A DNA stretch of 63,791 nt, filler included, from Chiloscyllium plagiosum (taxonomy: Eukaryota): NCBI RefSeq assembly GCF_004010195.1. It is 4 parts of one record of this genome, joined end to end, with 100 filler letters (N's around TTAATTAATTAA, not from the genome) between each part and the next. Parts side by side here need not be neighbours in the genome. Positions count along the whole stretch, not along the records: positions 23,177 to 46,918 come from NC_057713.1; positions 47,019 to 58,838 come from NC_057713.1; 2 more parts are not named here. One strand, written 5' to 3'. The notes beneath the pieces were generated by a model, which saw only the letters and a list, made by a program, of their open reading frames with translations, was not told the DNA's origin and made no database searches. Positions 39,386-51,575 of this stretch are shown in pieces. The translations under genes and the position numbers were made by a program. Every line of letters begins with the position of its first letter. Positions within the stretch are counted from its first letter, which is position 1.

Positions 39386-39919
39386 AAGAAAAAAAATCAA
39401 CTGCTTCCCCTTGACAAAGTCACTGTCATCAGTGTCTGCAGTCTGTTGTCTACAGGAATAGTTTCAGAAAACTGGAGGATAGCAAATGTTTTCCCTTGTT
39501 CAAGAAGGGGAGTAGACACAACCCTGGTAATTATAGACCAATGAGCCTTACTTCGGTTGTGGATAAAGTGTTGGAAAGGAATATAAGAGAGAGGATTTAT
39601 AATCATCTAGAAAGGAATAATTTGATTAAGGTAGTCAACATGGTTTTGTGAAGGGTAGGTCATGTCTCAGAAACCTTATTGAGTTCTTTGAGAAGGTGAC
39701 CAAACAGGTCGATGAGGTAAAATGGTTGATGTATGTATGGATTTCAGTAAAACACTTGATAAGGTTCCCCACGGTACACTATTGCAGAAAATATGGAGGC
39801 ATAGGACTGAGGGTGATTTAGCAGTTTGGATCAGAAATTGGCTAGCCGAAAGAAGACAGAGGTTGGTGGTTGATGGGAAATGGTCATCCTGGTGTTACTA
39901 GTGGTATACTACAGGATCT

Positions 39920-40232
39920 GATTAGATTAGATTAGATTACAGTGTGGAAACAGGCCCTTCGGCCCAACAAGTCCACACCGACCCGCCGAAGCGAAACCCA
40001 CCCATACCCCTACATTTACCCCTTACCTAACACTACGGGCAATTTTAGTATGGCCAATTCACCTAACCTGCACATCTTTGGACTGTGGGAGGAAACCGGA
40101 GCACCCGGAGGAAACCCACGCAGACACGGGGAGAATGTCCAAACTCCACACAGTCAGTCGCCTGAGTCGGGAATTGAACCCGGGTCTCTGGCGCTGCGAG
40201 GCAGCAGTGCTAACCACTGTGCCACCGTGCCA
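39920..40232 (-). mobile_element. HE1-like SINE (young)
   Basis: Full-length with intact A and B boxes on the minus strand; flanked by ATCTG repeats. Confidence 0.92.
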
Positions 40233-40501
40233 CAATCTGTTTTGGGGCCACTGCTGTTTGCCATTTTTATAAATGACTTGTATGAGGATTTAGAAGGATG
40301 GTTTAGTAAATTTGCAGATAACACTAAATTGGGTGTAGTTGTGGACAGTGCTGAAGGATGTTGCAATTTACAGAGGGACATAGATAAGCTGCAGAGCTGG
40401 GCTGAGAGGTGGCAAATGGAGTTTAATGCAGAAAAGTGTGGTGTGATTCACTTTGGAAGGAGTAACAGGAGTACAGAGTACAAGGCAAATGGTAAGATTC
40501 T

Positions 40502-40645
40502 AGTCATGATTTGGAGATGCCGGTGTTGGACTGGGGTGTACAAAGTTAAAAATCACACAACACCAGGTTATAGTCCAACAGGAAAGCTAATGTGCTTCCA
40601 ATTAAACCTGTTGGACTATAACCTGGTGTTGTGTGATTTTTAACT
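40502..40645. mobile_element. Palindromic mini-insertion (probably a second Penelope-like family) with 12-bp TSD
   Basis: Perfect 40-bp inverted arms at 40543-40582 and 40607-40646. TSD TGGTAAGATTCT at 40490-40501 and 40646-40657. Confidence 0.75.
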
Positions 40646-41330
40646 TGGTAAGATTCTTGGTAGTGTGGATGAGCAGAGAGTTCTCTTTGTCCATGTGCAT
40701 AGATCCCTGAAAGTTGCCGCCCATGTTGATAAAGTTGTTGAGAAGGCATATGGTGTATTAGTTTTTGTTGGTAGAGGGATTGAGTTTCGGAGCCATGAGG
40801 TCATGTTGCAGCTGTACAAAACTCTGGTGCATCTGCACTTGGAGTATTGCTTACAGTTCTGGTCGCCGCATTATAGGAAGGATGTGGAAGCATTGGAAAG
40901 AGTGCAGAGGATATTTACCAGGATATTGCCTGGTATGGAAGGAAAGTCTTATTAGGAAAGGCTGAGGGATTTGAGGCTGTTTTCACTAGAAAGAAGAAGG
41001 ATAAGAAGTGACTTAATAGAGATATACAAGATGATCATAGGATTAGATAGGGTGGACAGTGAGAGCCTTTTTCCTTGGATGATGATGGCTAGCATGAGGG
41101 CACAGAGCTTTAAACTGAGGGGTGATAGATATAGGACAGATGTGAGAGGTAGTTTCTTTACTCAGAGTAGTAAGGGCGTGGAATGCCCTGCCTGTAACAG
41201 TCGTAGACTGGTCAACATTAAGGACATTTAAATGGTCATTGGATAATCATATGGATGATAATGGAGTAGTGTAGGTTAAATGAGTTTCAGATTGGCACAA
41301 CATCGTGGGCCGGAGGGCCTGTACTGTGCT

Positions 41331-41643
41331 GTTAGATTAAGATTAGATTCCCTACAGTGTGGAAACAGGCTCTTCAGCGCAACAAGTCCACATCGACTCT
41401 CCGAAGAGTAACCCACCCAGATCCATTTCCCTCTGACTAATGCACCTAACACTATGGGCAATTTAGAATGGCCAATTCACCTAACCTGCACATCTTTGGA
41501 CCGTGCGAGGAAACAAGAGCACCCAGAGGAAGCCCACGCAGACAAAGGGAGAATGTGCAAACTCCACACAGACAGTCGCCCAAGGCTGGAATTGAACCTG
41601 GGACCCTGGTGCTGTGAGGCAGCAATGCTAACCACTGAGCCAC
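41331..41643 (-). mobile_element. HE1-like SINE
   Basis: Reverse copy with TAGAT tail. Confidence 0.9.
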
Positions 41644-41789
41644 CTCTAGGTTATATGTTAGGTTCTAGGTTCAATGTTCTATCATAAAATCTGGAAGAAT
41701 TTCAGTATACCTAGAACAGTTTTTTAGAAAAAAAGTATGTAAATGTGATCAGGCTGTCTTGGATCTGGTAATCTCTAATCTGAATAAAC

Positions 41790-42330
41790 ATACCCCCACC
41801 ACAGAAACAGTGACCATAATATGAGAGAATTTAGCATTCAGTTTGAAATGAGAAGCCTGGGTCAGAACCAACTGTGGCAAAACTTAAATAAGGGTAACTT
41901 CAAAGTAATGAGGCCAGAGTTGGCTGGAGGGGGCAGGAAAAGGAGTGTAGCAGAAGGTTTTTGATGAAAAGTGGCAACATTAAGAAGGTAGTACATAGCA
42001 AAGATATGTCCCAATGAGGAAGGAGAATGCAAGAAAGCGTATAAGCCTGCCATGGTTAACCAAGGAAGTTAAGGGTAGCATCAATTCGAAAGAAATGCAG
42101 CTTAGTGGTAAACAAGATGATTGAGAAATTTTTAAATGCCAACAAAAGGTTACCTTTTTATAAAATGGACGAAACAAAATATGGTGGTAAACTAGCAAGA
42201 AATGTGAGAACTGCTTTAAATATGTCAAAGGAAGAGAAAATTCAAAGTGAACATAGCTTGTTTGGAGAATAATTATGTGGACCCAGCAAATTATAGAAGA
42301 GTTCAAAATGTTTTTCATGGTAGAAGAGGG
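41790..42330 (+). mobile_element. Old CR1 fragment (EN-RT linker)
   Basis: Degenerate SDHNM, LNKGNF and PWLTKEVK segments. Confidence 0.6.
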
Positions 42331-42525
42331 AAACTCAGATGTCTAAACATTGCTAAGTCAGGATTTTGCAGCAGGTCAGATACTAGGGGGTATACCAGTT
42401 AATTCTCAAATCTTTCCTACCATTTACAAGACAGCAGTCAAGGTTGTGAACTCACCTGAATGAGTCCAACAAGACTCAAGAACCTTGATACCTTCCAGTG
42501 CAAGCAGCATCCAGGGAACAGGAGA

Positions 42526-42559
42526 TTCGACGTTTCGGGCACAGGCCCTTCTTCAGGAA
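42526..42559 (-). ncRNA. Minimal type I hammerhead ribozyme motif
   Basis: Minus strand: TTC-CTGAAGA-A-GGGC-CTGT-GCCC-GAAA-CG-TC-GAA. Stem I (TTC/GAA), stem II and core are intact. Confidence 0.75.
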
Positions 42560-42563
42560 GGGC

Positions 42564-42591
42564 CTGAAGAAGGGCCTTTGCCCGAAACGTC
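42564..42591 (+). ncRNA. Minimal type I hammerhead ribozyme motif
   Basis: CTGAAGA-A-GGGC-CTTT-GCCC-GAAA-CG-TC. Core and stem II intact; stem I truncated by the inversion. Confidence 0.7.
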
Positions 42592-43502
42592 GAATCTCCT
42601 GTTCCCTGGATGCTGCCTGACCTGCTGTGCTGTTCCAGCAATAAAGTTTCAACTTTGATCTCCAGCATCTGCAGACCTCACTTTCTCCACCTTCCAGTGC
42701 AAAGCAACCCACATGTTTGGTGCCTCACTCAAAGCTTTAAAGCTTTATTCCCTCTGTCAGTGTTGAGGGGGAGTAAGTGTGGTTTGTAAATCTAGCCATT
42801 CAGCACGTGAATACAAATGTTATAAACTGCCAAAAATCACCAGTCCATTGTTAATTTATGAGAACTTTAGTAAGTCATTAAATAATAGGTATATTCCTTG
42901 TATTTTAATTTGCTGAATATTTTGCTTGATCTCCATTCAAAGCATCCATTCAAACTAAAATCAACAATATAGGAGAAAACTGATATTTGTATAGTATCAC
43001 ATTTCACTTGCATATAAAAAAAAATCAGCTGTTATTCTCAATCCTTTCCCAAGAAAAACATGGTCCACTATGGTCATATCTCAAACATGAAGTGTGACTA
43101 GAATGATGTAGTTGAATGTACCAAAAAATTCACTACATTGGTGACTGGAACCAATGATGCTGAAGTAAAACATTAATAACTGTCCCACTGACAACGTGAG
43201 ACAAACAAGCGTAATGGTGTAAAGAGGGACTTATTGAGCTTGGGACCGAAACAGCTTAAAGCATGGCCAAGAATGATAGGGCAGTTACATTTCATGATGC
43301 AGAAGAGGCCAGAATTAGAGGAACATCGAAATTTCAGAGGTTTGAGTAGCTGGAAAAGATTAGAGATATACATTATAGAAAAAGAAAACAATTACTTAAT
43401 ATGTTGGACTACAATAACATTAATGAACAGGCCTACTAGAACATTTTTATTTTCAAGAAAATATTGTGCACAATATTTCACTTCAAACCCTAATTGTTTT
43501 AA

Positions 43503-43667
<165 letters not shown>

Positions 43668-44581
43668 TGACTGGCAGTTACTTGGTAAATGTAATCATCT
43701 CAATGTGCTATTTGAAAATTAAAATCCTATTAATTATTATGCACCGAGGAGAGGCTTGAATTTGTTGATTCCAGTCTGTTTCCATGATTTCTTATGGAAT
43801 ATTCATGTTATCAGGGCACAATCTTTAGAGACATTTTTCAAGTTGATGAACACCAGCTTTACTTCTGTGGGAATTACTTCAGGTTCTACACTAATTTGGA
43901 TTGAATATTACTAATTTTCTAATATTGGTTTCCACATTATATCTTGTTTCCACTATGTATTTGGCTTTGTCGTCAACTGACATGTTTGGAGAGTTGAACG
44001 AAGAAATATAAAAGAAGGCGAACAACCAGCTAGAGTAGCTTTATTTTTTGATGAAGGTATCCATAATTTTAGTGTCTTTGGACCTGGTTGTGACTTGCAA
44101 TATATTTTACTGTAGCAGGACTGTAAAATCAGTGCTTCTAGTTTTTGTATTATTGAAGGTATTTCAGCATATTACATGATTAAATCAAATGCTTTGTGTA
44201 AAGCCTGCTGTATTTTAAATCTAATAAGATATGGAGTATAGTATTTTTTAGAGACAACTCTTGGTGATGGCACTGGTGATATAAAACTCATAATGTGCAG
44301 AAATATTGAAAATACTGCATTGAAAACATTGATATAGTTCTGACACATTTGTTGTACCTACTGACTTCATGAATAGAAAACATTCTATTTGAGAGAGACA
44401 CAGTGGACATTATCAGGGTCAATGGCTTTTTATAAATAAAAATTGTTTGAGTTTGCAAACATTACAAGTGGTTATTGAAAGTGAAGAGATTTGAGCTGCC
44501 TAGTTTCATGATACGCCCTTTGTCTGTTTGTAGTGCTCAGCCTCAAAAGGTTGTTCAGAATACAAGTGAGCTGTGCACTAG

Positions 44582-44705
44582 GAGCAAATTACTGCAGGTG
44601 CTGGAATCTGTACTGAAAAAAGCCAGTACTGGAAATCAGTGGTTCAGAGAGCACACATGGAGAGAGCAAGCTAACGTTTTGAGTCTAGATGACTCTGCAA
44701 CAGAA
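44582..44705 (-). mobile_element. Old Penelope-like pLTR fragment with degenerate hammerhead
   Basis: Minus strand reads TTCTGTTGCA-GAGTC-ATCTA-GACTC-AAAACGTT. Flanked by imperfect direct repeat CTGTG(C/G)ACTAG at 44571 and 44706. Confidence 0.6.
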
Positions 44706-45629
44706 CTGTGGACTAGTTGATTTCTAAAATAAATAGCAGGCAATGCCCTTAGTAGCGGTTACATGACTGTTAAATGCTGTCATTTGACAGTGTGTAAAAT
44801 TCCGAGGTGAAAAATGATAACTTAGCTTTCATATTAAAAAAAGCAAATACAATGGTGAAATAACCATTCAATTCTGATTTAAACCTTGAGGTAAGATTAA
44901 TCATAAGGTAAATAAGATTAAGATAAATGCTAAAGATTATAGACATGCTGTCAAGTGGAATGGATGGAAAAGGCCAGGTGATGTCTGATCATTGTGTTAT
45001 AAGTTTTATGTACCATTAACTTCACATAATCCGCATCTAGAAATACAAACCACATTTAAATTTGGTTGTATTGCTTGTCCTTGTGCATTTCATTATTGAC
45101 ATGAAATCATTCAAAGTATAGACTTCATTACTTTTCACGCTATTAAATGTTTCACCTTTGTTTAGATGGTGAAGAAACAGATATCAATTCCAGGAAGTAT
45201 GTTGGTTCTTCACACATCAGCTATTTAGGGTGGCCTGAAGTGCAAGATGTTTCCTCTAATTTGCACAGCTCAGTTGACGTCTATACTCTTCCTTTATGAT
45301 TGTTCTTACAACTGGCACAGCGCATACGTCAGCAGTGCACATTTCCTCTCTCTCTACTTCTGTCAATTATTCATTTGCAGTAAAGTTTCTTACTCTGACT
45401 TGCACAGTATAAGGAAAAATGGGCAAACCTGATGATTTAAGTCTGGAGATATCATTTACAAAATGCTTTCTACGTAAATGTATTTGCTTTATTCTTGGCA
45501 GAAAGTGCCCTACAGACCATTTGCAACAAATTGTGATATATAATCGGCTTTGATATCATGAAAACTTTGACTTATTTGTTTTATTTTTGAAAGATTTTGA
45601 TAAAAATCACAGTTTGTGGATTCGGTAAT

Positions 45630-45842
45630 TGGAATGAGAGCCAGGTGAATCTTATTTACTATGAAATCCTTGATTGGGGTTGTTAACCTGGGCCAATAAG
45701 GGAGGCCTGGCTGACAGGGGATTCACAGTGGTCCTTCATCCAGGGACAGGATCTGAGCTGGCTGATCAGAGCCCATGAACTGTGCACATGTGAATAAAGG
45801 GTGATGTGGTAACGGGATACCTGCCTCCGTGGAGTTATTACA
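45630..45842 (+). mobile_element. Probable solo LTR
   Basis: TGGAAT...ATTACA imperfect inverted termini, with CCAAT and AATAAA inside. No TSD seen. Confidence 0.5.
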
Positions 45843-46399
45843 GAGGACATAGAGAATGGGGTGGGAGGGCAGATTTTGCCTGTTAACTATATCTATTGGA
45901 ACGATTACCATATTTAAAGGAAGTTTGATTTTTCTATCAATTAAAAAAAGAAATTATTTCCTCAAAGACGAATAAACTTCTCACAACTTGGTTTCTGTAC
46001 TGTTGGAACTCTCATCTGTGGAGTGTTAGTAAGAATTGATAGTTGTGTTAGTTTGTGGTCTACCTTCTTGTGTCATTGAGAAATTTGTCAGATTTATAAA
46101 TTCAGATTGTCAGATAAATAAGGCAGATGTAGGCCTTTATGGAATAGAATGTACATAGCTTGTCAAAGGAGGATATCTTTGTTAATCGATTCTTTAAAAA
46201 CAACCTTTAAATACTATGGTTGGAGCCATATTGGTAGTTTTGCAATGAGGTTGAAGATAAATCAAGCTTGTGCTGAACCAATCTTTAGCATTTGTGGTTT
46301 TAATCTGCAATGTATATATTCAATGTTTTGTGTTACCTCATCACAGAATTCATGAGGTTTTTTTTTGCAGAGAAGTATGAAATTGTAAATTCCTGTAGG

Positions 46400-46918
46400 A
46401 ACAAAAAGGAGAAGCAATGTAATATGAAAGGCGCAAGAAATAGAGAGACCTAATGTTATATACACACAAATTGTAGAAAATGGCAGAACAGATTGTCAAA
46501 GTGGTGAGAAAATGTATAGGTCCCTGGGTTTTGTAAACAGTGACACAGATGACAAAAGCAATTAGATTATGATGAAGTTAATGAAATTCTGGTTTGGTCT
46601 TAACTGATATACTGTACCCAATTCTGAGTATCACACTTTAAGAAAAATGTGAAGATTTCGCAATGCAGAAAATAATCATGTGAATGATTTCAGGATGATG
46701 GGATTGTGTTGGTTGAATAAATTACAGGAAACAGCGCTGCTCTCCTTAGAGGTTTGAGAAGATTTGATAGAAATGCTCAGGATTGAGATGTACAGCATGG
46801 AAACAGACCATTCGTTCCAACCTGTCCATGCTGGCCAGATATCCCAACCCAATCTCGTCCCACCTGCCAGCACCAGGCCCATATCCCTCCAAACCCTTCC
46901 TATTCATATACCCATCCA
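46400..46918. mobile_element. CR1 fragments: old + strand piece, then a - strand 3' end running into the gap
   Basis: 46780-46918 matches the CR1 3' end at 16765-16900. Confidence 0.7.
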
Positions 46919-47018
46919 NNNNNNNNNNNNNNNNNNNNNNNNNNNNNNNNNNNNNNNNNNNNTTAATTAATTAANNNNNNNNNNNNNNNNNNNNNNNNNN
47001 NNNNNNNNNNNNNNNNNN
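46919..47018. other. Assembly gap with artificial linker
   Basis: 44 N + TTAATTAATTAA + 44 N. Confidence 0.97.
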
Positions 47019-47150
47019 TAGCTTATCTCTCCACGCTTCAGGCTCACTGCCTTTATTCCTGATGAAGGGCTTTTGCCCGAAATGTCGATTTTGCTGCTCC
47101 TCACATGCTGCCTGAACTGCTGTGCTATTCCAGCACCACTAATCCAAAAT
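47019..47150 (+). mobile_element. Penelope-like pLTR with hammerhead motif at 47059-47086
   Basis: ATTC-CTGATGA-A-GGGC-TTTT-GCCC-GAAA-TG-TC-GATT; same subfamily as the 13265 copy; abuts the gap. Confidence 0.8.
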
Positions 47151-47159
47151 ACAGGCTAC

Positions 47160-47710
47160 TAGACTAGGATTAAGGTTCAGAAGGAGGAGATGTTAGCAAT
47201 TCTGGAAGTAGTTTCTTTACTCAGAGAATAGTAGGGGCATGGAATGCATTGCCGACAACAGCAATAGACTCGCCAATTTTAAGGGCACTTAACTGGTCTT
47301 TAGGTAACCATGTGGATGAAAATAGAATAGTGTAGGACAGAGGCTTCAGATTGGTTCCACATGTCCCCGCAACATCAAGGGTTGAAGGGTCTGTACTACA
47401 CTGTAATATTCTATGTTCTCAAGCTTTTGAACAGTATCGGGAATGTAGGACCAATATGAAATGAGGAATTAAGAGGGCTAAAAGGGGTCATGAAATGTCG
47501 TTGTCAAACAGGGTTAAGTAAAATCCCAAAACCTTTTATTCATATATAAGGAGCAAGAGGTAACTCGAGAAAGGATTGGCCCACTCAAAGACAAAAGAAG
47601 AAAGCTATGTGTGGAGTCAGATAAAACAGTCTTAACGAGTACTTTGCTTCGATATTTACCAAGGAGAGGGACATGATGGATGTTGAGGTTAGGGATAGAT
47701 GTTTGATAAA
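47160..47710 (+). mobile_element. CR1 fragments
   Basis: FFTQRIVGAWNALP 3' end, then a linker fragment NPKTFYSYIRSKRVTRERIGPLKD. Confidence 0.8.
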
Positions 47711-48214
47711 CAAATGGAAGACTTTCTTGCTGAAAGGTACTGGTTTACAACATGTAACATACAGGGCCATAATGCAGTCTCATTGAATCACAGTTACAGA
47801 AAGCACATAGAGGCCGTTCAGCCCATTGCATCTGTGTTGCCTCTTTGCCTCGTTGAAAGAACATTCATGCCAAATTCACATTCCTGCTTTTTTGTTCAGG
47901 ATGCATTAAGGTCCTCAGGTGCTAGCTCAAATCCTTTCCAACATGATCCATGCCATTAGCTTCCAGGACCTAATCAGAAACAGGACTCCAAATGCCAAAA
48001 ACACCAACAGAAACATTTCACCACATCTCCCAATTTGTGATCTTGTATTGTTGATTAAGTTGTTTTCATCTCCTAATGTAATGTCTTACCTTTTACTGTT
48101 TCAGTGAGATCAGTTCTACCTTTACTAAACTCAGTTGATAACTGAAGTCCTTCAGATCTGTTGACATCTTGATAAACCTCCTCTATACATGACGTATCTT
48201 TTACTAAATGTGAT

Positions 48215-49300
48215 ACAAAGAATAAAGAACAGTACATATAGAAACAGGCTCTTTGGCCCACCAAGACTGCACCAACACATGACACCTTTATAACCTTGCA
48301 TCTACGCTTTCCATCTCGTTCTATCTGTTCATATATCTGTCAAGATGACTCTTAAACATTGCTATTGTAACCACCCTCACAAAGTCCTCTGGCAGCGCAT
48401 TCTAGCACTTACCACCCTTTAAAAAAACTTACCTCACATCTACATTTAACTTATGTCTCTTAGTAGTTGACATTTCTATCCTGGCAAAAAGACTCTGACT
48501 ATCCATTCTATCCATAATTTCATTTTTTTTTATCAGGTTGCCCTTCATCCTCTAAGATTCAAGTGAAAACAAACCAAGTTTGTCCAATCTCTCCTCATGG
48601 AGGAGAAAGTGAGGTCTGCATTCCTGAAGAAGGGCTTAAACCAGAAACGTCGATTCTCCTGTTCCCTGGATGCTGCCTGACCTGCTGCGCTTTTCCAGCA
48701 ACACATTTTCAATCTCTCCTCATAGCTACTAAAATCAAAACTAGGCAACATTCTGGTAAACCATTTCTGGACCCTGTCCAAAGCCTCCACATCTTTCTGG
48801 CAGTGTGGCAACTCCACACAATATTTCAAATGTGGCCTAAATAAAGTTCTGCACAGCTGCAACATGACTTGCCATTACTCCATGCTCGGATTAATGAAAA
48901 CAAGCATGCCATTTATCTTTTTGACCACGTTATCCACTTGTGTGGCCACTTTCAGGAAAATGTACATCTAGATTCCTCTTTATGTTTACTCTACAAAGGA
49001 TTCTGCGATATACTGTATACTTCCCTCCTGGATTAGATATTCCAAAATGCACCACCTCACATTTGTCTGGATTAAACTTTGCCTGCCATTTCTCTGCCCA
49101 AGAATCCAGCCTATCTTTATCTTGCTTTATACTCTGGCAATCCTTCTAATTATCCGCAGCTCCCACATCATTGTGTCATCCACAAACTTACTAATCAGGC
49201 CAGCAACATTCTCCTCATTTATATATTTTACAAATGACAGAGGTCCCAACTTTGATCCCTGTGGAACACCACTGATTACAAATCTCCGGACAGAGAACAT
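48215..49300 (-). mobile_element. CR1 LINE 3' portion
   Basis: Encodes SGVPQGSKLGP, FVDDT and LFRPHLKYCV. Confidence 0.85.
48599..48709. mobile_element. Penelope-derived mini-insertion with hammerhead motif and 14-bp TSD
   Basis: TSD CAATCTCTCCTCAT at 48585-48598 and 48710-48723. CTGAAGA at 48624-48630 and GAAACGTC at 48644-48651; stem II weakened. Confidence 0.85.
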
Positions 49301-49319
49301 TCTTCTACTGTCCAACTGA

Positions 49320-51575
49320 ATCAGAACTGCTCTGGGGTCAGTGATTCACCCCAACCAAATATGTGCTGTAGTGGGTTGTATCTATTCAGGGATACTGTCA
49401 CCATCTGGGAGGGCATGCCATCTGTCAGCTTTATGTCATACAGTCTTGCATAAAAGGAATCTCTAATCCTCAAAATGTCAGACTTAGATAACATTACCAA
49501 GCCATCTTCTTCACAGAGCTCTCCTGTGCACCTTCCAGAAGAAGAAACTTGAGCACATCTCACCTTGCTCTACCTAGCAATCCTGGACCGGAATTTTATC
49601 TTGCAGGCTTGCTGTCTCTTCATCTCTTTGAGACTCTCCTTGATATTAATCCCCACAGCAGGAGTAGATTCTGCAGGATTTTCTGGAGTTGGCACAATTC
49701 ATTACTTATTCATTTGCCTTCTGTACATTTTTGAGATGACAAACCTTTTTAAGTTTCCTTGACTGTTTCTGACCAGTGTGCTGGAGACTCAGAGGAGATT
49801 CACAGTTCTCCAAATTCTGTAATTTTTTTTGAATTCCTCAAAATGTTTTGTGGTCAATAGTTTCATATTCAGCTTGCACATTCCCTCCCACCTCTCTGTT
49901 CCTCAGGTGACAGTTGGCAAGCACGTTGAACAGAGAAGAACATTGCTTAAAGAGTGGCACGGTATCTCAGTGGCTAGTTTTGCTGCCTCACAGCACCAGG
50001 GACCCTGGCTTGATTTCACCTTCGGATGACTGTTTGCATGGGGTTTGTACATTCTCCTCATGTCTGCAAGGGTTTCCTCAGGAAGCCTTGGTTTTCTCCC
50101 ACAGTCGAAGGTTGTGCAAGTTAGGTGGATTGGCCATGCTAAGTTGTCCTAAGTGTCCAGGGATGTGCAAGTTTACCATGGGAAATGCAAGATTACAGGA
50201 ATAGGATAAGGGAGATGGTCTAGGGTAGAATGCTCTTTGGAGGGTAGGTGTGGACTGATGGCTGTTCTGCTTCCATATTTTTGGAATTCTACCATTCTAC
50301 ATCAGAGGATCTGACCAAGAATGCTTAGGATACAAACATGAACTGTATCTTGGCAATGAGAGAACCATCTACCCATGATCAGGTGTATCTGTGCTTCATC
50401 CGACCTGCAGGGGATGAAGCATACATTGTGCAGCATTACATCTTTTACAGTTTTCATTAGGAGTTTGCTGTCAGTCCGTCCAGATTCTTCAGTTCTATCA
50501 ATGATGCAGTTGAAGTGACCGGCCAGAATGACCAGCCTGAGGGTTGGCCAATTGCATAATCTTTACTGCTGGGGCTTACATTTTATTTATCATTAGGGGA
50601 GCATTTCTGTACACAGTGCCTGCTATGAAGTGGTGCCTGCCAACCACTTCCTTGGCTTTGTTACCTCCCTGCAGCATAATACTCAGGCCAAAGGGATGAC
50701 AATCATTGCCTTCTGTCCAAATTCGTGGCTCATGAGTCCACAAGCTTGACAACTTCTCGTAGCTGCTGACGTGCACAATCTTGCACTCCTGTTGAAACAG
50801 GAGGTCCATTTTAACATTGGCAAGTAGGCTAATGTGGAAACACTGCGCTGTAGCTTTAATACTATGTACATTTACATAGGCAATTTTAAAATCCACGCTA
50901 ATATTTTAGTTTACCATACATTGTTCAAGAGTTCAAAAAGAATAAACACAATCCTGTTGATGAGTAAGCTCTGACATTCTGTAGTATGTGTGAACTGTTG
51001 CACTCTTGAAGGGATGAGATAGCTGTCCTGGAGGTGTTTTCCTCCCAGCCAGGTGTCATCGGGGGGAATACACAGCCAAGAAGATCAGGTTTATTATCTG
51101 GCTCTGAATTGGGAAGAAATGTTATGACATTCCAATCCTTGTCCAGACTGTTGCTGCTGCCAGTTGCCCAGAGCAAGGTTATGGTGAATGTATTGCAGCT
51201 CCAGGCTTCCTGAAGGGGGATTTTGCCAGGTCTCTCATGAACTCCAGTATTTCCCTGGCTGGGGTTTCCTCATCTTTTTTCCCCCCCCCGAGTTGGTAGT
51301 TTGCTGCTTCATCTGTTTGCAACTATCTTTCTGCAGGTCTTCATCAGATATGGAGGAAACACTGGAGCAGCTGACACTTTTCACTCTGCCCTTGGCCTGT
51401 GAAGCTTTTGAGGTTTCTCCGAACAGTCTGCCTTCTCCACCATTGACTCTGTTTTCTCCAAAGGAGTCTGCGCTGGTTGATCCTTCCACACAGTGTCCTT
51501 CTCTACTTTTTCGTATGCCTTGCCCTCCTTCTGACAGTCCTGTACCTCAGTTGCCTTGTTGGACAGTGGTGCCTT
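49320..51575 (-). mobile_element. Tx1/L1-group LINE remnant (ORF1 end, endonuclease, linker)
   Basis: ORF2 start MDFKIAYVNVHSIK...DLLFQQEC; IL.GHFNCII motif near 50505-50535; DILRIRDSFYARLY. Confidence 0.7.
49955..50300 (+). mobile_element. HE1-like SINE (old)
   Basis: Degenerate head and body; ATTCTA tail. Confidence 0.8.

Larger units (their letters stand above)
39435..41330 (+). mobile_element. CR1 LINE 3' portion hosting SINE and Penelope insertions
   Basis: Encodes ENWRIANV, SVLGPLLFAIFINDL, FADNTK and LEYCLQFWSP; has the CR1 3' end. Confidence 0.92.
42504..42688 (+). mobile_element. Palindromic Penelope-derived mini-insertion with 14-bp TSD
   Basis: 54-bp inverted arms at 42504-42557 and 42563-42616 (1 mismatch). 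TSD ACCTTCCAGTGCAA at 42490-42503 and 42689-42702. Confidence 0.88.

Noticed and set aside
39942..40643. 233-aa ORF
   Set aside because: Chance read-through across an antisense SINE, a CR1 RT piece and a palindromic insert.
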